64,000 nucleotides of DNA, taken from positions 3,844,001-3,908,000 of the forward strand of contig CM022675.1 of assembly GCA_012295275.1 (NCBI GenBank), written 5' to 3'. The position numbers were made by a program, and so were the translations under genes. Below the pieces are notes generated by a model. That model did no database searches, was not told the DNA's origin, and was given only the letters and a program-made list of their open reading frames with translations. Shown here in pieces: positions 1 to 45,552 of the stretch. Numbering within the stretch: position 1 is the stretch's first letter; the number at the start of each line of letters is the position of its first letter. The DNA comes from Chrysomallon squamiferum. Taxonomy: Eukaryota > Animalia > Mollusca.

Positions 1-216
1 ATAATAAAGTGGATATATAATTTTCTCTCTATTTAAACCTTCATTAATAGTAACATTTGCTCTGTATTGGTTTTCTTTTTTTTATTATTTATTATTATTT
101 TTTAATATGGTAAATATTGATCTTTTATTTTCGTTATAGCTATGATTATAAATAATAAACAGTTTTGTGTACTAAGTAATATATCAACAAAAATAAAATA
201 AACTGTATTTTATTAC

Positions 217-357
217 CTTATATTTTAAACGTGCCTCCGAAAAGTAGCTCCAGCGTTTGACGGAGTCGCAGTGAAAATTTCCTTTAAACGAACAAAACTT
301 TCTACTAATCTTATAAAAAGAACTTCCGAGAAAATTCCAAAATACGTTAAGTACCAT
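217..357 (-). CDS. Putative first coding exon of an unidentified gene divergent from PHF14 (continues left of the window)
   Basis: ATG at 357-355 opens 47 codons (MVLNVFWNFLGSSFYKISRKFCSFKGNFHCDSVKRWSYFSEARLKYK) ending in phase 0 at AAG|gtaata; CpG-richer than its flanks. No recognisable homology. Confidence 0.3.
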
Positions 358-768
358 TTCAGAGAGTATTTTAAAACTTCAAACAATACATGCACCTGTC
401 GTTATGACTATGAAAGGGATTAACATTTTGAAACGTGACTAAAACATAAAGTGGACACATTTTTGTGTCGTCGCCTTTCTCGCCGGAATGCCGGTTCACA
501 TTTTTGCCAGCATTGGACAGGGATTATGCGTCTGTTTGTCTTCATTTCTGAAAGCTAATAGCCGACAAATATTTAACAAGGAAGACGAAATTACACGTGG
601 TGGTTTGGCTCAGAATGACGAAGCATTTTTTCTTTTTTAAAACCAGCACTGGCTACACTGAAGTTAATCTGTTGGACTTTAAGTTCTACCGTACTGAACT
701 CCATTATAATTTACGTAAACTATGTATGCATTTAAATGAGTGTTGTTACTGCTTGTTTGTTGTTGTTA

Positions 769-830
<62 letters not shown>

Positions 831-1101
831 AATGAAAACAAGTACTGAAGTTTGTTAATTCATGATTTATTTCACGAAAAGAAAAAAAATCTAATAATAA
901 AATAAGTAAAATAAACTTGATCCGTTTATGAATATATGTATTACTAAAATAAAATATGTCGCATGAATATTGTTAATTTTGATTGCAAGTAGATATATTG
1001 TTTTATTTTTTTAAAGATAATTTTAAATGGGAAATTGAATGGCAGTTTCGAGATTAGTGGGTTAGTGAGGAGCACTGAATGGATTCTTAATATATTTATT
1101 T

Positions 1102-1104
<3 letters not shown>

Positions 1105-1172
<68 letters not shown>
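1105..1172. repeat. (AG)n microsatellite
   Basis: Perfect AG run seen directly. Confidence 0.95.
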
Positions 1173-1174
<2 letters not shown>

Positions 1175-1557
1175 CTTTTCTTTCCATTCGTAAATTTGCA
1201 CGCCTTTTTATACACGTCTCTTTTTCTCTAAAGCAGATTTTCTAGTTTATTAAACTTAGTTTTCTCTCAGTATGAATGCCTGAAACGTTAATTAACGAGT
1301 ATGTATCTGTGTATTTGCATGTGAGTATATCTGTATGTACGTATTATCGATTTAGTACACTAGAGAATAGGTTAATTTTAAACGCTCGAACAAGCTATTT
1401 TTAATCACCTACACTTCCGTTCGTCGTTGACTGGTATTTCCTCAGTCTTTTTATAGTTTTCTTGTTTATTGTTTGCGGTTCATAGATTTAGGCACCAGTT
1501 GTGTTTAAAGCAACCACGAAATATTATTTAATTATTTTTTATTATCTCTTCTGAAAT

Positions 1558-19153
<17,596 letters not shown>

Positions 19154-19408
19154 AATGTTAACAAAACGTTTTAAAATCACTGACATTTTATAATACAGTA
19201 TTACTAAACAGCATGGTATCTTTTTAATTTTATTTTTATTTTTTTTAATACTGTAAAGCTGAATTTTATAACATCATTCACATGCTAAAAAGGAATCTTC
19301 AGAAAGTACTTTTGATGATGCTCATTCTAATCTGAACTGTGATTGTTTATTGTGGTGAGGGTGAAGCAGATCCAAAGCAGACACCTCTGATGCTGCACCT
19401 CTTCAAGA

Positions 19409-19448
<40 letters not shown>

Positions 19449-19589
19449 ATCCTAGTTTAAAAAAAAAATAATAATAATAATAATAATTATAATAAAAAAA
19501 AAATAAACAAATAAATAAAACCTCTGTGCACATACATATACTCTCTTAGGAAGGCCCATTCAACACAATCATTTATGTCTGTTCATGAA

Positions 19590-20790
19590 TACAACAATTT
19601 ATACAAGTACTCGTGAAAACAACCATTTATACAAGTATTCATGAAAACAACCAATTATACAAGTATTCATGAAACAACCATTTATACAACTACTAATGAA
19701 AACAATCATTTATACAACTACTCATGAAACAACCATTTATACAACTCATGAAACAACCATTTATACAAGTACTCATGAAACAACCATTTATACAAGTACT
19801 CATGAACACAACCATTTATACAAGTACTCATGAAACAACCATTTATATAAGTACTCATGAAACAACCATTTATACAAGTATTCATGAAACAACCATTTAT
19901 ACAACTACTAATGAAAACAATCATTTATACAACTACTCATGAAACAACCATTTATACAAGTACTCATGAAACAACCATTTATACAAGTACTCATGAACAC
20001 AACCATTTATACAAGTACTCATGAAACAACCATTTATACAAGTACTCATGAAACAACCATTTATACAAGTATTCATGAAAACAACCATTTATACAAGTAC
20101 TAATGAAAACAACCATTGATACAAGTACTCATGAAAACAACCATTGATACAACTACTCATGAAACAACCATTTATACAACTACTCATGAAACAACCATTT
20201 ATACAAGTACTCGTGAACACAACCATTTATACAAGTACTCATGAACACAACCATTTATACAACTACTCGTGAACACAACCATTTATACAGGTACTCGTGA
20301 ACACAACCATTTATACAGGTACTCGTGAACACAACCATTTAAATAAGTATTCGTGAACACAACCATTTATACAACTTCATGAAACAACCATTTATACAAG
20401 TACTCATGAACACCATTTATACAAGTATTCATGAAGACAACCATTTAACTATTCGTGAGACAACCATTTATACAACTACTCGTGAGACATCCATTTATAC
20501 AAGTATTCGTGAACACAACCATTTATACAACTACTCATGAAAACAACCATTTATACAAGTACTCATGAACACAACCATTTATACAAGTATTCATGAACAC
20601 AGCCATTTATACAAGTATTCATGAAAACAACCATTTATACAAGTATTCATGAAAACAACCATTTATACAAGTATTCATGAAAACAACCATTTATACAAGT
20701 ACTCTTAAAACAACCATTTATAAAAGTATTCATGATCACAACCATTTATATATGTACTCGTGAAAACAACTATTTATGAAAGTACTTAAG
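19590..20790. repeat. 28-29-bp minisatellite (about 40 copies) downstream of the PHF14 stop
   Basis: Unit aacaaccatttatacaagtactcatga with point variants; no unique spacers. Confidence 0.95.
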
Positions 20791-21864
20791 AACACAGCTG
20801 TTTACACAAGTACTCAAGAACACAGCTGTTTACACAATGGGACAGTGAGATCCTGTAACAAAACAGACAACGTGAATTACTGTGACAAACTTTGTTTTAG
20901 TCCAGGATCCTCAGTTTAGACTCTAGCTGGCAGAAAGTGCGCAAACGACAGAATGACCTTTATGTAATGATCTGTAGAAATATTTATAATACGAGGCAAA
21001 CAGTTAAGTATTATTAAGAAAGAAAGAATTTGTGTCCTTTTATTTACAGCAGTGCTTTTTAAAACTGGTCAACAACATGAACGTAGTAAGAAGAAAACTG
21101 CTCAGATATTCAATAAGTATCACTGGAAAACATTAAAATAAATAAATAAATAAATAAAATCTTCTGCCACTGATTATCTGAGCCAGTATGGTTGTTAGGG
21201 CACACGTGTATGGTAAAATAATACAAACCAAAAGTTGAATGAAATGACGAAAACAGCCCCCAACGAAATACAAAAAGAAACACAAAATATAACTTAATGA
21301 CATTTTGTGATAAAGACGTCAGACTTCAAGAAACACTGATTTATACTTCTGTACGAAAGGATAAATCTGGTTTTTTAAATTTTCTTTTCTTTTTTTTTTT
21401 TTCAGTTTTTTAATTTTTTTTTTTTTTTTCTGTGGAGTGCCTTACATATAACCAGCGTAATTTGCCCCTCACCCCGACACTAATTAACCACACTTATTTC
21501 ATCGTCATTTCCAATATGTACTGCCACAACCACATATTAAAAGGTAAATACTACTGAATAAACAATAATAAATGAGAAGGTTACAGTACCAGAGAATCAA
21601 TTCACGTAACCCTAGATTTGTCGCAATTTCGGGCACCACGAATAAATAAAGTGGCCGAAATCCATACAAAGTTTGCGCTGAAGGCCTCCTCAACACGGTA
21701 TGCAAGTAATACTTGCAGAGAAGTGTTTAAGTAACTTTGATGATTTATTAACCAGCCGAGATTTAATTACTTAAATTGTAATGTTTTACCTTAAATCGAC
21801 ATCTTCCGAAAAGAATGGAAAATATATGTATGTATGTGTGAATGTATGTATGTATGTACGTGTA

Positions 21865-21904
<40 letters not shown>

Positions 21905-22201
21905 GATAGTTAACTCCATGAATGTTAAAAGCATGGTATGAAATAGGTTCGCCATACAGATTCGTAGAAACATAACAAAATGGCCGCTTCGATTCAGATT
22001 AAATTCTACTTTTTTTAAAATAATAATTTAGTATTATAAAGTAACATACGTGCAGTAAACACAAAGATATGACTTGGAATTTCCCATTCGTGGAGATTTT
22101 ATTCAGACTGGACTCGAAACAGAATAAATCAAGCGTTTGAAAAGTCTGTAAAACTGCGTGAAAATAGTACGGCGGACGAGAAATTCAGTGCTTTGGAGTA
22201 C

Positions 22202-22250
<49 letters not shown>

Positions 22251-22458
22251 AATTATAATTATAATTATAATAGTAGTAGTAGTAATAGTAGTACAAGTAG
22301 CAGTAGTAATAGCAGCAGTGCTATTAGTAGTAATAATATATATATATATATATATATTGAAAGATGAAACGGGGGTTAACTCTGTTTTATTTTGTTTTTT
22401 TCACTTTTGCAACGTGGACAGTTTGTTTTCGTTTAACTTCACGGATAGAATTTTAAAC

Positions 22459-36859
<14,401 letters not shown>

Positions 36860-37071
36860 CCAGCACAGACCTGGTGTAAAATGACTTTTCACTCATTTAT
36901 TTATTATTTTGTTGCTGTAAACATTAAATAAAATAATGCAGATATCAAAATATTTTTTGTTTGTTTAGTTGTTGATGTTGCTGTTGTTGTTGTATAGTTA
37001 GTTACAGGGAATAGGTATAATCAGGTGTTATGTATAATCCTACCTGTACATAATTATTATTGTTATCATCA

Positions 37072-37130
<59 letters not shown>

Positions 37131-38674
37131 TTCAATTTTGTTATGTCTTCTTTTCAATAAGGCTAGAAAATAAATTTAGACTGGTTTTAAGTAAGTTCTG
37201 ATAAAATTAATAATAAATAGATAATCAGAACGCAAACATTACTCATTTCTAATTTGAGTTGATAACAGAACATATTTAATTTGTATAATATTTTTTTAAG
37301 ATGTTCTTATGAATATTCATGAGAAGCATAAAGTGTTTTTTGGAGGTTGAAGGGTTCAAAGTTAAACTTTATTAATGCTCATGAAATGAAATGAAAAAAT
37401 ATTTTAAAAAAGAACAAAAAAAACAAATTTCAGGTAAACCTTTTTTATTTGTTTGCATCATGTGTGTTATGAAATATTTATGAATTATAGTTTGGATATG
37501 TTTAATTTATTTTTTGTTTTAAAGATAATAATGAAAGATAAAATATATACGTAAATTTTTCATGTTTAATTCAAACTGCCAACACAAAATGTTATTTATA
37601 CTTGAATATTTTGTAAAATTATATATTTATAATAAAACATTATTCGCATCTTTTTTGTTTTGTTTTATTTTAATTTTTGCAGCCTACATGTAATGTTGCA
37701 GGTTTCTTGAATTGTAGTCAGCCTTTAATATTAGTAAAATTACACCAGTACAAATATGAAACAATCATTTGGAAACATTTACTGCCATGCACTAAATCCC
37801 CCCTCTGTCTGTCTGTCTGTTTCTGTCTGTCTCGCTTTTTCTGACTCTCTCATTTGATACGAAATCTGTTACTGAAAGTTTGAATTATAATCCACTAGTG
37901 AACTAGTTTAGCATTTGTTTCCCGACATGTATGATACAACTCAAGTTAATTACAAAGAAAATCTCATGTTTATGACTATTTAAATCAGTTGTTTGTTTTC
38001 ACAATATTCCAACACTTAAACTGTTAGGTTGAGCACATTTGACAACGGCCTGACTACTAGGGGATCTATCACCACAAAAACTGTGCGTCAAAGTTTCACA
38101 TACACTTCTGGAGTTTTCTCTTTGGATATGACACAATTCTCATGTTGGAGCGTAATGCCGCAAACCTGAGCACATCAATCCTTGGAATTTGTTATTCCGT
38201 CCCTCTAAGACATTGTTTGTGAGGATGACATCATGCATGTTGTATCGCGTTGGTCAACAGAGGTAACCTGGCATGAGTAGTATGTTTTTATGCTGGAGCA
38301 CGGTGTAGACAATTAGTCTACTAACTCTACTAACTCTTATCATTTTAAAGCAACAGCAAGACAGGAAATGAAACGTGTGAACAGCATTTACAGTAAACAC
38401 ATGAAGTTCAAATCTAATAAAGTACAAAAATGACTAAACTGGCTATTTGTATACTGTTAATTATAATAAGAAAATTCAGACAGAACATGTTTCATTTAAT
38501 AAAAATGTGGCGAAAATGTCCTAATCTGAAATATTCTAGACCAAAATGAGGCATTTACCTGTAGATATTCATAGAGGAAATCTTGTCATTCCTAAATCTT
38601 AAAAGTCCACATCTAAATCATGTTAAAATCATTTGAGGTTTTGTCCAAATTTTCAATAATCCGGTGTTTTCTTA

Positions 38675-38742
<68 letters not shown>

Positions 38743-41269
38743 TACTACTACCACTACTTTAAATATTATTAGTTTTCAGTTTTTGCATTGGAGTTTTGTC
38801 CTAGCTCTGACCTACATGCAAAGATGTTCCTTGAAACTGATCCGTTTTGGAGAAATCTGAGTAGCTTTTTATTTTCAAGTCATTTTTGTTTATAAAATTA
38901 AGTAAATAAATAAAATACAATATAATAAAAAGTTGTACACTCCTCCAAAAATAATCTGTGTTGTGCTAGACTAGTTTCGATGATAAAGAATGTTTTTGCT
39001 TTTATCCTGCTGTCTGTAAGTGTTGAAAATACTGATGGACTGACGTTTCACATGCAAACGTGTTTTAAATTAACCCTGAGTGAACACATTGAGATTTGAT
39101 CTTGCAGTCAGTCTAACAAATTACAGACTGCTTCCTTTTCAATGTAACCCAGTTAAAAACCTTATAAAGCTTGTCTGTTCTATGAAGTGTACTCAGTTAT
39201 ATACATACATTGGCACATATACAGGCAGTAAATAGATGACATTTTGTTAGTTCATTTTTATTAATTTATAATAATTCATGTTGTGATGTTAAATGGGATA
39301 TAGAGTACTGAAAATAAGGATCAATGTTCTGATCCAGTGGATAGTAATGGTTCCACTTCCAAACTGCGGCGGGTCTACAAGAAGAGAGTGAGCCGATTTT
39401 CAATGTGGACTTTGGTCATTTTTCTAGTATTTGGTTTTTCAGGGATTTTTCATTTTTTCGTTCAAATTAAAATTCATTTTTTAAAAATAAATATAGCAGT
39501 AAAGATCCATTTAATCAAGAAAATACTTCTTTTTTTAAATTTCGTGAACTGTAGTGTTTTTGAAGTGTATTAAAAGATTTAAGAGATTATAATGAATAGG
39601 CAGTAGAGATGTAACTAATTTGTTTTAGAAATTCATATAGAAATAAAACGAACAACATGAAAACAAGATGATATCTATAAATTAAATAGATTTTATATAT
39701 CTGACAAAAGCTAATATCCATATAAAAAACAGTTTATTAAAGTTGGAAACTACATATACAGACAAATTAAAAGAAAATGAAATAAATTATCAAAAGAATT
39801 TGTGTTACAAATGATCAGATTTTTCTGAGGTCTTAAAAATGAATGCATTTCAGATAATGTCTACAGACTTCTCACAACCTGTTTGGTTACAAGATGTAAC
39901 AAGGTCCTATAAGAAAACGTAAAAGCTAAATTCAAAACATGAATCGGAAAAAGAGATACAAATGAGAATTCTTGATAAAAGTCGTTCAGAAACAACATCC
40001 AAGATGCAATAGAGTGAATGTCCTAACTTAATAATTCACTTTATAGTGTTGTATTAATATTTTCAAATTGAGATTTTCACTTGAACGAGAAAGCTTCAAA
40101 TATAAAAGTAGTTAGTCACAGATAAACTCAACAGATCAAACAATGGACAGTTTCACAAATCATTCGCTTTTCGTCAGGATGATGTATCATTGGATCCTCC
40201 TCTCTGTGGGTTTCGCAGTATTTTACGACGTCGTCGATGACTTCTGAGAGTCTCATCCGATCTATCCGAGCCTCACGACGAAGCTGCTCAATCAGTTGTC
40301 TCTCCTGTTAGAGACGTTGCTGCAATTTGATCATACGAAACTCAGCTGCAAAGAAAGAAAAACTCTTTTAATCACTATCTACATATATAAACGTATGTTT
40401 AACAATTCAGTTTTGCTCACGTATTGTCACCAAAACATTCAGCACCAGAAAGAAATAGATCACAAAAACAATGAGAAAAAACAACAACAGAAAAGCAGGT
40501 GCAATAGATTAATTAATGAATATCTTTTTTGTATTTAATATGCTATCAGTTATCTTTTAGACTGTAGTGATCACCTCCATTTGTGCATTTCTTACAGTAA
40601 TTCTAACTCAGGCACAAAAAAGCAAACTATAACTTGTATTCTTTAATGTCCAGAGTGTTATTATAAAACACTGGAATGTTGTTACTAGTAGGGATCTTGA
40701 CAGTTGTGCACTGACAAATTATTTGATTTTGATGGTCTTCAAAAAGATAATAAAAGATTAAGGAAAGTCGATGGTGTACTTAATAAGAACAAGATGGTTT
40801 GTTAACTTCTTTAAGTAACTGCAATATTTTTTATATTTCATCATTATCATTCTTCTTTTGTCATTATTATGTCAATTTAAAAAAAAAAAAAAATTATAGT
40901 TTTCAAAACTGGTAGACACATAATTATTATTTAGACAATAATGAAACAAGTTTTTATAATTTCCTGTTTTGCCCAGAATTCCAGTAATTCCTCTATGTAC
41001 TGACACGTATTTAAAGTCTCCAGTCTGAACGTATGTAAAAGAAAATGTTAAGACATGCATGGACATAGGAAAACATAGCTATTAAACAGAAAGTAAATGC
41101 CTTCCTCAGGAATAGATTATCTACAAATGAGGCCAAACAATTATTAATTTAAAGACAATAACTAACATACATGAAAATATACGTTCAAATTTCTAAAGTA
41201 AACATATGAGGTAAAATAGGTACAATTTAAAAAAGAACCATAATTATCAAATGTGAAGAATTTCAAATA

Positions 41270-41440
41270 TATACACGAGGCAGTACTCATCGTGGCTTTT
41301 CTTCAGTGTCAACAGAGATCTTCTTTAGCTGGTCCATAATCAAAAAGTACTCTTCCTTTGGAATGAACACTCTCTTGCACAATTGATATCTTTTATACAC
41401 TTGTCTCTTAAAACGATCTTCAACAGGGACTTGCATGGTG
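41270..41440 (-). mobile_element. Possible relic of the N-terminus of a KRBA2/SCAND3-like (Ginger-type) integrase transposon
   Basis: MQVPVEDRFKRQVYKRYQLCKRVFIPKEEYFLIMDQLKKISVDTEEKPR followed by a frameshifted EYCL resembles, from memory, N-termini of invertebrate KRBA2-like proteins; no catalytic core seen. Confidence 0.35.
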
Positions 41441-41799
41441 GACACATAACTGATCAGAATGTGATCAGAGTTGCAGTATTTTATACGGCCTACAAACACT
41501 TTGATGTAACAACAACACTACCACTAATCCCAACAATGAACAGAGGTGAGCAAAGCATTACACCCAAAAGTGTTTTATATTAAAATCATTGGCCTTTGAT
41601 GTATACCACTAACACTAATCCCTGCCATTTAACTGGTCTTTGATGCAAGAATAACACAACAGTAACGCAACATAGAGTGAAAACAAAATGTCTTTAAATT
41701 ATATTTCTCTGTTGTCTCTCTTTATACATATGTAACCAACTGTTTTATGGCAGTGAGATTTTAACGTGTTCACAAAGAACAGTTATCGAATGATTAAAT

Positions 41800-42600
41800 A
41801 TTGGTTGAAATTAATTAGTACAAAGAGTTATATTTTACATTATAGAAAAATAATTGGGTGACTTTTATTAGGAAAACTGTACATGAATTGGAATTTGTAT
41901 AAATATGGATAGAACAGGAACAGATTATTGAAATTTTTTTTTTTTTAAAATAGCTTTTTGTGCATGATTAAGCGAAAAATATATGACAAAGCAAGGCAGA
42001 ATCTTTCAATTCATCTCTGAAATGTGACAATTTATACAAATACATTATAGATGGTGTAACAATTCAGTTTTATTCGTTAAACAAAAGCTTATGTCGACTT
42101 GAACTTGTAGAAATACAACGAGACGCGCTGAAAATTATGACGTAAAACACGAGATGTGCTGAACATTATGACGTAAAACACTAAAGTAGGTCACCACCTG
42201 TTGGCGTACAAGTTAAATCTAGGCCAATGGTTTTATATAAAAATACTTAACAAACGTGATGTATCAGCACACCACTTGGAAAATGAGACTGGGAGATATA
42301 GGAATACTGACAGAACAGAAAACAAATGTATAGTATGTGACAGTGGTGAGACTAAAGATGAAACTGAAAATAAGAAATTTGGGAAAGTATTTGTTTAAAG
42401 CATTTCAATGTAGAAAAGTTCTGATTAGTTAGATATCCATCACTAATCCATAGAACGAACAGATGTAAGGAAAATATATAAAAAATGATTGCGCACAATT
42501 AAGCAAAGAATATATGACCAAGCAAGACAGCTAAATACATCACTGAAATGTGACCATTTATATAAATACATTATAGATGGTGCAACAATTCATTTTTAAA
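41800..42600 (+). mobile_element. Fragmented 3' end of a non-LTR retrotransposon (LINE ORF2 C-terminus), partly duplicated
   Basis: VSAHHLENETGRYRNTDRTENKCIVCDSGETKDE (about 42260-42362) matches the usual SAH.L.IETGRY..R.C..C..E.EDE tail; IKQRIYDQARQ..KYIIDG occurs twice (about 41965-42070 and 42495-42595). Confidence 0.6.
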
Positions 42601-42643
42601 TTTAAAAATAATAATAATAATAATCATAATAATAATAATAAAA

Positions 42644-42676
<33 letters not shown>

Positions 42677-43959
42677 CATAATCATAATAATAAATTTCAG
42701 AAAAACCACAACTTAAGGATAAGAAAACCTGAAAGACAGAAACCGAGTAAGATGTCATTTTTTCCTGTCGTTTGCTATTACAGCTGTTTTGATAAAGGAA
42801 AATGAATTCCGTATGGCTGCAGCTTATGTCACTGATCATGTGAACCCTTTATCGTAAACTATTTCTCTAACAGCAAAATAATAAATGTTATCTTTAACGT
42901 TAACGTCATTACCATCTTCAAATAATCTTTGAAATATAAATTATTTATGCTAAATTAAAATGGTTGAAAAAAGAAAAGCAAAAATATCCATTAATAATTC
43001 AAAATACTTACCCATATTGAATGTCTGAAATATGAGAAAAAAAAAATAACAATAATAATAAATCAATAAAACAAAATAAAAATTAAATATACGTGTAATA
43101 TAAATTTAAATACGTGTTTATATTGCGTGAAATATCCATTAAAATAGACTAGACCTGAAGAGTACTATAAGGTTATATTTTCTCAAATTGTATTTTTTTC
43201 TAAACTGCAAATTTAACTAAAACAACAAAAGCCACGACATTTGCTCTTAACAAAAGCCTGAACATTTCTAGAGAGGAGCCATAAATTCTTATTTAAATAT
43301 TACTGAGAATATAAGTTAATCAATGATGAATGAATAGTAGATTCACATTTTAATGAGTCGGCAGCTAAACAATTCACTTTCTTTTTTCTTTTTCTTTTCT
43401 TCTTTTTAAACTAAAATTTTACTATCATGTGACAATGACGTGTTCTGGATTTGTAACTAATTATCATAATCAGGGGTGTTTCCTAACCGAAAGCGAGCGA
43501 CGTGAGCGTTTTTTTTTTTTCTTTAGAAACCACTGATTTCACTTGTAGCATCCTAACTGCAGGTGCGTCAGTTCTAGCTACTCGAGCGCGCGACACAAAA
43601 CCGACAGGAAAGCTGTATCCTAACCGTGCGCGAGCGATACTGGACCTTCCAAGAAGCTTATACATGCATGTTATTAATAAAACACACACATTACTTATTA
43701 CGTAAACCTAGAGTTTTTCCATTATTCTTCCAGGCATTTTGTTTTAATGCTGGCTTTATGAAACAAAGATAACAACATTATCTTTGTACGTTGACAAAGA
43801 ACAATCATAAAGTATTGAAAACACCTGATCGAGATGGGTGAAGTGTTCATCTTCCATTTTCGTGTACTGGGGAAATAATCTTGTTTGTGATTGGTTAATA
43901 TATTTTAGTCGCTCTTGTCTCGCGCGACAAAGAAACAGAAGAGGAGAAAACTGAAATGG

Positions 43960-44420
43960 CTGCAAACAAGTTTCGAGTCTTCATGATCATCGACAGCTTT
44001 ATTTCTGCACTGAAGAAACGTTTGTTAACAGATGAGAAAAACCAAGGCCAGTCTGACAAGCTAACTTGTGCGGTTCGTGGCTCCTCTCAACTCGGAATTT
44101 ACCAAGCGGGCTACGACAGCTGATCCCATCTCAGTCAGGTGCTGTTGCTGATCAGGACAACACGGCAACGCATCGGAGCTGCTCGTATACCGGCTCATTA
44201 GAGATCACAGCATGCTATCATGTTTTCCTAATACCGAGACAATGGTACGCATGTATTTGCGTTTGATGGTTACAAACTGCACTTGAGGAACGTTAGTCTT
44301 CTAAACTGAGCCGCATAAAAAATGCACAAAGAAAGACGATGGAGAAAAACGTTTAAATATGCTGACGTTGATGAACATTATAAAAGACTTTGTAAAATTT
44401 CGAAGCGTGACATATAACTT
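43960..44420 (+). mobile_element. Degenerate C-terminal part of a hAT (ZMYM1/Tip100-like) transposase
   Basis: Across frameshifts: NKFRVFMIIDSFISALKKR, then VFPNTETMVRMYLRLMVTNCT.ER..SKLSRIKNAQRKTM.EKRLNMLTLMNI, matching the hAT dimerisation motif FPN....RI.L...VTN.S.ERSFSKL.RIK...R.TM...RL. Confidence 0.75.
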
Positions 44421-45552
44421 AATCTGAGGCTGAATCACACTTGTCTATTGGCCTAAACTTTGACCCACTTTTCGGGGGCATACACGCATTTTCATTTCAG
44501 TTTAATGGTGTTTGCACTGATTTTTAATACTGTTAGCAAGATGCCTTTTGTTTCGACAATACATCTGACTGACTGTTAAGGAGTGTGTATATTTTATGTA
44601 AAATTATGATAATAGTAAGCGTGGGTTGAGTGGGATTCGTTTACTTTTATAACTAGCCAGTAGTAGGGACCTATTCGATGTTTTGCTATGGGTTCCACAG
44701 TTTTGTAATCCAGCTCTGGGTATATGCCCTAAATGAAATATATTCTAATTATTTGTACACGTTTAATATATCATTATACATATTTCTTTATTTCTTTAGT
44801 AAGTTAAGCGTGGCTAAGCTGTCTTATAAAATGCAAAACGATAAATCATACCGAATCGCCTTAGCTATCCGAAATCTTCCGTCCTCGAACTGTCACACAA
44901 AGCAAGCGGATGTTCACGGGTGGATGCTCTCTTCTGCAAAACACCTTCCACTTAAACTGAACGCTTCTCAGTGGAAATCGAAGTTGGGTTCAGTTATTAT
45001 CCAAGTAATATTTGCCGAGAAGTGTTTAAATAACTTTGATGATTTATTAAACAGCCCAGATTTAATTACTTAAATTGCCTTAACTCGACAACTTACGAAA
45101 AGAATGAAAAAACTAATAGTTAACTACATTAATGTAAAAAATAGGGGTATGAACTATAGATTCGTAGAAACATAACAAAATGGCTACTACCGAAGGCATT
45201 TCGGTTGAGATCAAATATATATATACATTTTTAGTATTACAAGCTAACATTCGTGCAGTAAACATAAAGATAAGACTTAAAATTTTACCTTTCATGGAGA
45301 TTTTATTCCAATAGGACTTGGAAGAGAGAATAAATCAAGTGTTGAAAAGTCAGGAAAACTAGGTCAAAAGAGTACAACGGACCAGAAATAGTTTATACAG
45401 TGGCCTTCGAGTACCTGATAATAATAGGAGTAGTAGTAGTAGTAGTAGCTGCAGCAGTATCAGGAGCAGTGGTCTTAGTAGTAATAATGTAAAAAAACAG
45501 CAATAATAATGACTTTTAGAAGAAAGCTGCCTTGTTTATATATCTCCTCTGT

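Larger units (their letters stand above)
40128..43857 (-). pseudogene. Divergent heterotrimeric G-protein gamma subunit (GGL domain) gene; internal TAA in the three-exon model, or a functional 69-aa form via an alternative acceptor
   Basis: Exons 43857-43825 (MEDEHFTHLDQ|gtgttt), 43024-43012 (tttcag|ACATTCAATATGG|gtaagt) and 40345-40128 (ttctttctttgcag|) join in phase: ...AEFRMIKLQQRL*QERQLIEQLRREARIDRMRLSEVIDDVVKYCETHREEDPMIHHPDEKRMICETVHCLIC*. EQLRREA.I.R, S..I.D..KYC..H..EDP and the terminal CaaX match G-gamma. Exon 1 is the least certain part. Confidence 0.72.

Noticed and set aside
19590-20790. CRISPR-like array of ~28-bp repeats
   Set aside because: Units are head-to-tail with no unique spacers, there are no cas genes, and the context is eukaryotic; it is a minisatellite.
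38020-39420. GC-richer patches at 38020-38300 and 39337-39410 as possible exons
   Set aside because: No recognisable protein motif or phase-consistent exon chain found; they may be old TE debris.
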